From positions 27,814 through 91,813 of the IMG/VR virus record IMGVR_UViG_3300006793_000017: a stretch of 64,000 nucleotides of DNA. One strand, written 5' to 3'. A program made the translations under genes and the position numbers. The notes under the pieces are model-generated. The model was not told the origin of the DNA, did not search any database, and worked only from the letters and a program-made list of their open reading frames with translations. Each line of letters starts with the position of its first letter. Position 1 is the first letter of the stretch. Shown here in pieces: positions 60,120 to 64,000 of the stretch. Origin of the DNA: a virus.

Positions 60120-60827
60120 ATGCGCATTGTAGAACTACTCAACGAAGAAGTCATGACCGTTAACAAGAAGTTAAACCCAGTCTTATGGGAAGGCGGTTCT
60201 CTTAAACCTGAAATAAGAGAAAAACTTATTGAGATTGCAAAAGTGTTCCAAGAGTTTATAGGTGTAGAACTAGATGTAGCAGACTATACACTAACAGGTT
60301 CAAACGCAAACTTTACATGGACAGAGTACAGTGATTTAGATTTACATATCATTGTTCGCGGCATGCCTAGTGATGAACAAAGAGAACTGTATAATGCAAA
60401 GAAAGCATTGTGGGCAGAAGAACATAACATACGCATTAAGAACTTACCCGTAGAGTGTTATGTGCAAGGTGCTAAAGAACCACATCATTCAACGGGTGTT
60501 TACAGTTTAAGTGGTAACAAATGGCTTGTTGAGCCTAAGAAAGTTAAGCCAAACATTAATGACGCTGCTGTAAGTGCAAAGAAAGACAGCATACAGCACG
60601 ACATAGAAGCAGCATTAATATCTAAAGACTTACCTAAGATGCGTATAGCAAAACAAAAGCTGACCAAGATGCGCAAAGCAGGACTTGAAAGAGCAGGCGA
60701 ATTCAGTGTAGAAAATATTGTATTCAAACAACTGCGTAACCTAGGAATGATTGATCAACTCAGTGATGAAATACGTGACCTAGAAGATGCACAGTTAAGC
60801 CTAGAACAAGCACCAGAATTAGTATAA
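60120..60827 (+). CDS. Pol-beta-superfamily nucleotidyltransferase
   Basis: LTGSNA...SDLDLHI (hG[GS]...DxD), PVECY; TAAATA-N5-ATG. Confidence 0.78.
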   Translation: MRIVELLNEEVMTVNKKLNPVLWEGGSLKPEIREKLIEIAKVFQEFIGVELDVADYTLTGSNANFTWTEYSDLDLHIIVRGMPSDEQRELYNAKKALWAEEHNIRIKNLPVECYVQGAKEPHHSTGVYSLSGNKWLVEPKKVKPNINDAAVSAKKDSIQHDIEAALISKDLPKMRIAKQKLTKMRKAGLERAGEFSVENIVFKQLRNLGMIDQLSDEIRDLEDAQLSLEQAPELV

Positions 60828-60878
60828 CTCTATACTAAAAAAATTAAATAGTAGTAACAGAATAAAGGACAGAGCGCA

Positions 60879-61325
60879 ATGCTTAAGGTTATTAATACCT
60901 GTGACGAATGGGTATCACAAATCATAAAAGACGATCCAGTAAGACCACATTTAACGGCTGATTATCGAATCAACGAAGTAGCAGAAATGTTTGGTCTTTA
61001 CGATGATAAAGAATATTTAGGTAGTGTTTGTTGTGTACGTTATACCGATGGTATTCCTAACAGTGTAAACGATATGACAGAGCGCAGTAGCATGTTCAGT
61101 GACACTGCTGTATTCTATACTATTTGGAGTTACAGTAAAGGAAGTGGTAGACAGTTAATCATTGACGCTTCTAACTGGATCATTGAAAATAGACCACAGA
61201 TTAAAAACCTAGTTACACTAAGTCCTACAACTGAAATGGCTGAACGCTTTCATTTACGCAATGGTGCTGTTAAATGGCGTATCAATGAAGATTCAGTTAA
61301 TTACGCCTATCAATTAAAAGCCTAG
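60879..61325 (+). CDS. GNAT-like protein
   Basis: IKDDPVRPH; FYTIWSYSKGSGRQLI (motif A-like), AERFHLRNGA (motif B-like). Confidence 0.5.
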   Translation: MLKVINTCDEWVSQIIKDDPVRPHLTADYRINEVAEMFGLYDDKEYLGSVCCVRYTDGIPNSVNDMTERSSMFSDTAVFYTIWSYSKGSGRQLIIDASNWIIENRPQIKNLVTLSPTTEMAERFHLRNGAVKWRINEDSVNYAYQLKA

Positions 61326-61349
61326 GGATAACTACAGTCAAAGGAATTT

Positions 61350-61538
61350 ATGGCTGGAATAAAAAAGCGTGGGCTTGTTACTAGACATCATATCAGAACA
61401 CATGACGACCGTGAAGTTGTACCTTGCAGACTTGTAGGATCTAATGGCGGTAAAGGTGTTATGGTAGCACAGTACAAAGACACAAGAGACCTTGTACTAG
61501 ATGCAGAACAAAAACCCGTTATGTATAATCGCTGTTAG
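61350..61538 (+). CDS. Hypothetical protein
   Basis: AAGGA SD. Confidence 0.55.
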   Translation: MAGIKKRGLVTRHHIRTHDDREVVPCRLVGSNGGKGVMVAQYKDTRDLVLDAEQKPVMYNRC

Positions 61539-61557
61539 TTACATTAGGCTTATAGAA

Positions 61558-61695
61558 TTACTTGTTCTTGCGTAGCTTACGCAATCGCCCCCATCGACGT
61601 GTAGTAACTCCTTCTACAATATTTTTTGTGAGTTTTCTTCTTTTACGAGCTTGTGTGCTGCGATGCAGTCTAAGAGACTTACCAACTTTTTTCAT
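61558..61695 (-). CDS. 45-aa highly basic peptide
   Basis: MKKVGKSLRLHRSTQARKRRKLTKNIVEGVTTRRWGRLRKLRKNK; GAGGGA SD; directly downstream of tRNA. Confidence 0.55.
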   Translation of the reverse strand: MKKVGKSLRLHRSTQARKRRKLTKNIVEGVTTRRWGRLRKLRKNK

Positions 61696-61721
61696 AACTA
61701 GTTCCCTCTATAATACAATTC

Positions 61722-61798
61722 TGGCGCGGCTAAAGAGATTCGAACTCCTGACCTTAGGTTCCGCAAACCTACGCTCTATCCAGCTGAGCTATAGCCGC
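61722..61798 (-). tRNA. tRNA-Arg, anticodon GCG, encoded CCA
   Basis: GCGGCTA/TAGCCGC acceptor, GCTC/GAGC D-stem with A20, TAGGT-TTGCGGA-ACCTA anticodon arm, GTTCGAATC T-loop. Confidence 0.93.
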
Positions 61799-61809
61799 CT
61801 ATATTAATA

Positions 61810-61838
61810 ATTATACCACATTTACGCAAAGAAGTCAA
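61810..61838 (-). promoter_or_regulatory. Sigma70 promoter for tRNA
   Basis: TTGACT-17-TATAAT on minus strand. Confidence 0.78.
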
Positions 61839-61858
61839 CTGTTATTTTAAATACTAGC

Positions 61859-62212
61859 ATGACACAAGAACAGGTCTTATTTGCCATTATATCTTGGATA
61901 GTGCTTACAACTGTAGTGTATACGGTGGTAGGTTGGAAGAACATACGCAACTGTTATGCTATGTGGTTCACTCGAGAGTATTGGACAAACTATAATATAA
62001 TCGAAGCAGCAAGTTGGATAGCCAAGGCCATCATAATCATACCGGGTCTGATATTTGGCATTCAAATTTGGCAGTTCTATTTTGTAGCACTTTTTACAAG
62101 CCTAACGTTAATTTGGGCCAGTAACAAGAAGCTGCTGCCCACGCTGGTTGGATTCAACACACTATGGATATGGCTGAGCATGATGGTTATAGCACAGCAG
62201 GTAATACAATGA
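61859..62212 (+). CDS. Membrane protein
   Basis: Several hydrophobic helices; TAAATA-N5-ATG. Confidence 0.65.
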   Translation: MTQEQVLFAIISWIVLTTVVYTVVGWKNIRNCYAMWFTREYWTNYNIIEAASWIAKAIIIIPGLIFGIQIWQFYFVALFTSLTLIWASNKKLLPTLVGFNTLWIWLSMMVIAQQVIQ

Positions 62213-62511
62213 ATATAGTATTTTGGACGGGCTTCGCAGTAATGGTATTAAACGAAGGGTTTGTGATCATGCGACACGTACACCCTTGGTTTGCATGGCA
62301 AAGAGAACGATTAATCAGAACATACGGTGCAAAATGGAAACGTTTTCATGCCACACTGGACTATGTATGGATAGGTGGTGTAACTGTAGGCGTAGCACTT
62401 GACTACACCAATTGGAAGTTCTATGCTACTGTACTAGGTGTGTTCTGGGGATTTGTTGCTGTAAGTGTGTATCTCCCTCTGCTCATCAAAAAGATAGCCG
62501 CGAAGCGGTAA
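62209..62511 (+). CDS. Membrane protein
   Basis: Hydrophobic helices; ATGA overlap. Confidence 0.6.
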   Translation: MNIVFWTGFAVMVLNEGFVIMRHVHPWFAWQRERLIRTYGAKWKRFHATLDYVWIGGVTVGVALDYTNWKFYATVLGVFWGFVAVSVYLPLLIKKIAAKR

Positions 62512-62580
62512 GCTCAAAAAGCTGCGAAGCAGTTCGCGATTTTTAAAGAAGCTGCGAAGCAGCGTAGCGATAGCGCAGCA
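62498..62580 (+). repeat. Cluster of GC-GNA-GC mini-hairpins
   Basis: CCGCGAAGCGG (62498), CTGCGAAGCAG (62522), GCTGCGAAGCAGC (62551), then GCGTAGC/GCGATAGC/GCGCAGC. Confidence 0.75.
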
Positions 62581-62650
62581 AAACGGTAGCGACATCACTG
62601 ACCCCGTGACTGTTCACTAGAGTTTCACCTAGTGTAATCCCTGTCTGAAA

Positions 62651-62905
62651 TTATTTTGTTTTGAATCTACGTGTGTTGTTTAACACGTTCTTGCCTGGTG
62701 TGTAAGGTACTATACGTGCTTCCCAACCACCTGGTACACGATTGTCCATACGTGCTGCTAGTTTGTCCGCTGCCTGTTGACACCAATCTCTTTGCTTTAG
62801 ATTGTTAAGGTACCTGTGACCAGTAAGATCCTGCTCTTTGACAGTTTGCCCTGTAGTTAAGTTACGAGCCATTGCTAATACATGAGTATGTGTAATTGTA
62901 GCCAT
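62651..62905 (-). CDS. Hypothetical protein
   Basis: AGGAG SD; long structured upstream spacer. Confidence 0.65.
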   Translation of the reverse strand: MATITHTHVLAMARNLTTGQTVKEQDLTGHRYLNNLKQRDWCQQAADKLAARMDNRVPGGWEARIVPYTPGKNVLNNTRRFKTK

Positions 62906-63068
62906 TTGTTATGTTCTCCTAGTCTTATAAAGTGTAACAAGCTGAATGTTCTATCATGCACAGTTTATAATATAGCTTACTCTTCGAAGCACAATGCACC
63001 TACGTGATTACATGTGATCCATATTCATTTGTTACAGTATTATTTAGCATGTAAACGATTATAGCGTA

Positions 63069-63296
63069 CTATTTAGGTGTCTTAGAAGCGCATACAGCGT
63101 CATACAACGGTGAGTTACTCAGTAGCAGCAGTGTTTGTACCAGTTGTGTACTGTCGTGTAATATAAGCGTGTTATGCGTGTTTTGCGATGTGTGTATGCC
63201 CTTTAACAGTAGATCTATGCTGGCACTATGCGTTATAGCATCTTGGAACTGTGGTGTTTTGGATGGATCCTTGAACTGTAGCGTTACTGTGTGCAT
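63069..63296 (-). CDS. Hypothetical protein
   Basis: TAAATA-N5-ATG. Confidence 0.55.
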   Translation of the reverse strand: MHTVTLQFKDPSKTPQFQDAITHSASIDLLLKGIHTSQNTHNTLILHDSTQLVQTLLLLSNSPLYDAVCASKTPK

Positions 63297-63449
63297 AACT
63301 GTATTTACAGAGTGAATTGCAGTGTACAGCCCAAAATGGGTCTACAGGTCAAAAAATTTGCTGCGCAAAAAATTGTGGTGAAGTACTTATCATTTCTGGG
63401 TGGTGATTTTAGACCACTAGCCTCTAAAAAACAGCTACGCTACGTATAG

Positions 63450-63650
63450 CTATATACCGGTCGCCTCTTGCATGACCACCGCCTCATCATCGATGACAAA
63501 AATAATATTATCAAAACGATCTCGAACCTCAACACGTTCAGGCTCATAGTCATCGCTTACACACACTGCCACCTCCTCGGCTTCTTCTTGTGTTTCGTAG
63601 AAGCCTTCGAGCTGCTCTACTGTGTCCTGTGTATAGTAGACCCTGTACAC
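63450..63650 (-). CDS. Small acidic hypothetical protein (likely GTG start 63650)
   Basis: VYRVYY...YETQEEAEE; follows lipoprotein stop. Confidence 0.5.
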   Translation of the reverse strand: MYRVYYTQDTVEQLEGFYETQEEAEEVAVCVSDDYEPERVEVRDRFDNIIFVIDDEAVVMQEATGI

Positions 63651-63651
63651 T

Positions 63652-63846
63652 CTAGCACCTACCTGTCTGCCAGCTCTTACGCTCAGCTTCTGGCAAGTGT
63701 CCTGCACAGTGATCATTGGAAGTGTTGTTTGGGATCTGTTCAAACAGTGTTTGGCCCTTGCTTATGTCGGGATCATAAGGTGCGTCCAATGTAGTACACG
63801 CACCTAGGGCTAGTGTTAATAGAAGTACGGGTAATACCTTACGCAT
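63652..63846 (-). CDS. Small lipoprotein
   Basis: MRKVLPVLLLTLALGAC lipobox. Confidence 0.7.
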   Translation of the reverse strand: MRKVLPVLLLTLALGACTTLDAPYDPDISKGQTLFEQIPNNTSNDHCAGHLPEAERKSWQTGRC

Positions 63847-64000
63847 TCTCTTCGCCGTTTACTAATAGGATCATGCCACCAAATAGTGTCATTGCTAGGC
63901 CTACGCCTGCTACTACTAGCATCTCACCCAGTGTGTTAGCTGTCTCCATACATGCACCATCACAGTCATTAGCACTACCGGCCATAGCCATAATGCCTAC
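63839..64000 (-). CDS. 5'-truncated membrane protein
   Basis: Open from window edge: ...AGSANDCDGAC...MLVVAGVGLAMTLFGGMILLV. Confidence 0.5.
   Translation of the reverse strand, partial: VGIMAMAGSANDCDGACMETANTLGEMLVVAGVGLAMTLFGGMILLVNGEENA

Noticed and set aside
61562-61807. 81-aa plus-strand ORF
   Set aside because: Antisense to the tRNA and the basic peptide
1-64000. Stop-codon reassignment or selenocysteine readthrough
   Set aside because: Core genes are full length in the standard code and TAA, TGA and TAG all act as coupled stops
1-64000. CRISPR array, integrase, transposase, reverse transcriptase/DGR
   Set aside because: No regularly spaced repeats or corresponding motifs seen

Overview
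The window is a 64-kb segment of an AT-rich, large T4-like (myovirus) bacteriophage, most likely marine with a Gram-negative host (inference from gene content and lipoprotein signals). Left to right: (i) a tailoring-enzyme island (four 2OG-Fe(II) oxygenases, three tandem PrnA-type flavin-dependent halogenases, a 52-aa peptide) sitting divergently from two tail-fibre-like proteins and an S8 protease; (ii) neck/tail/packaging genes (gp15, gp14, gp13, dNMP kinase, sheath, tube, gp4, terminase subunits, probable internal head proteins); (iii) gp32-UvsX-UvsY; (iv) two glycan-synthesis blocks (cytidylyltransferase-cupin, five KpsC/KpsS-like paralogs, GT-A enzymes, epimerase, UDP-sugar dehydrogenase, FkbM methyltransferases) around UvsW; (v) a 188-aa 'mini-DnaE', primase, NodU carbamoyltransferase, gp41 helicase, Pol-beta-like nucleotidyltransferase, GNAT-like protein, a tRNA-Arg(GCG); (vi) a strand-switch region with a cluster of GNA-loop mini-hairpins and structured spacers. 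The strongest unexplained signals are a genome-wide leaderless architecture (TAAATA-N5-ATG and sigma70 -10-N6-ATG), the late-expressed halogenase/oxygenase operon back-to-back with fibre genes, the minimal C-family polymerase, capsid-targeting-like N-termini (including on the nucleotidyltransferase), and the TadA-independent tRNA-Arg. All functional calls are from motif recognition by eye; no searches were run.
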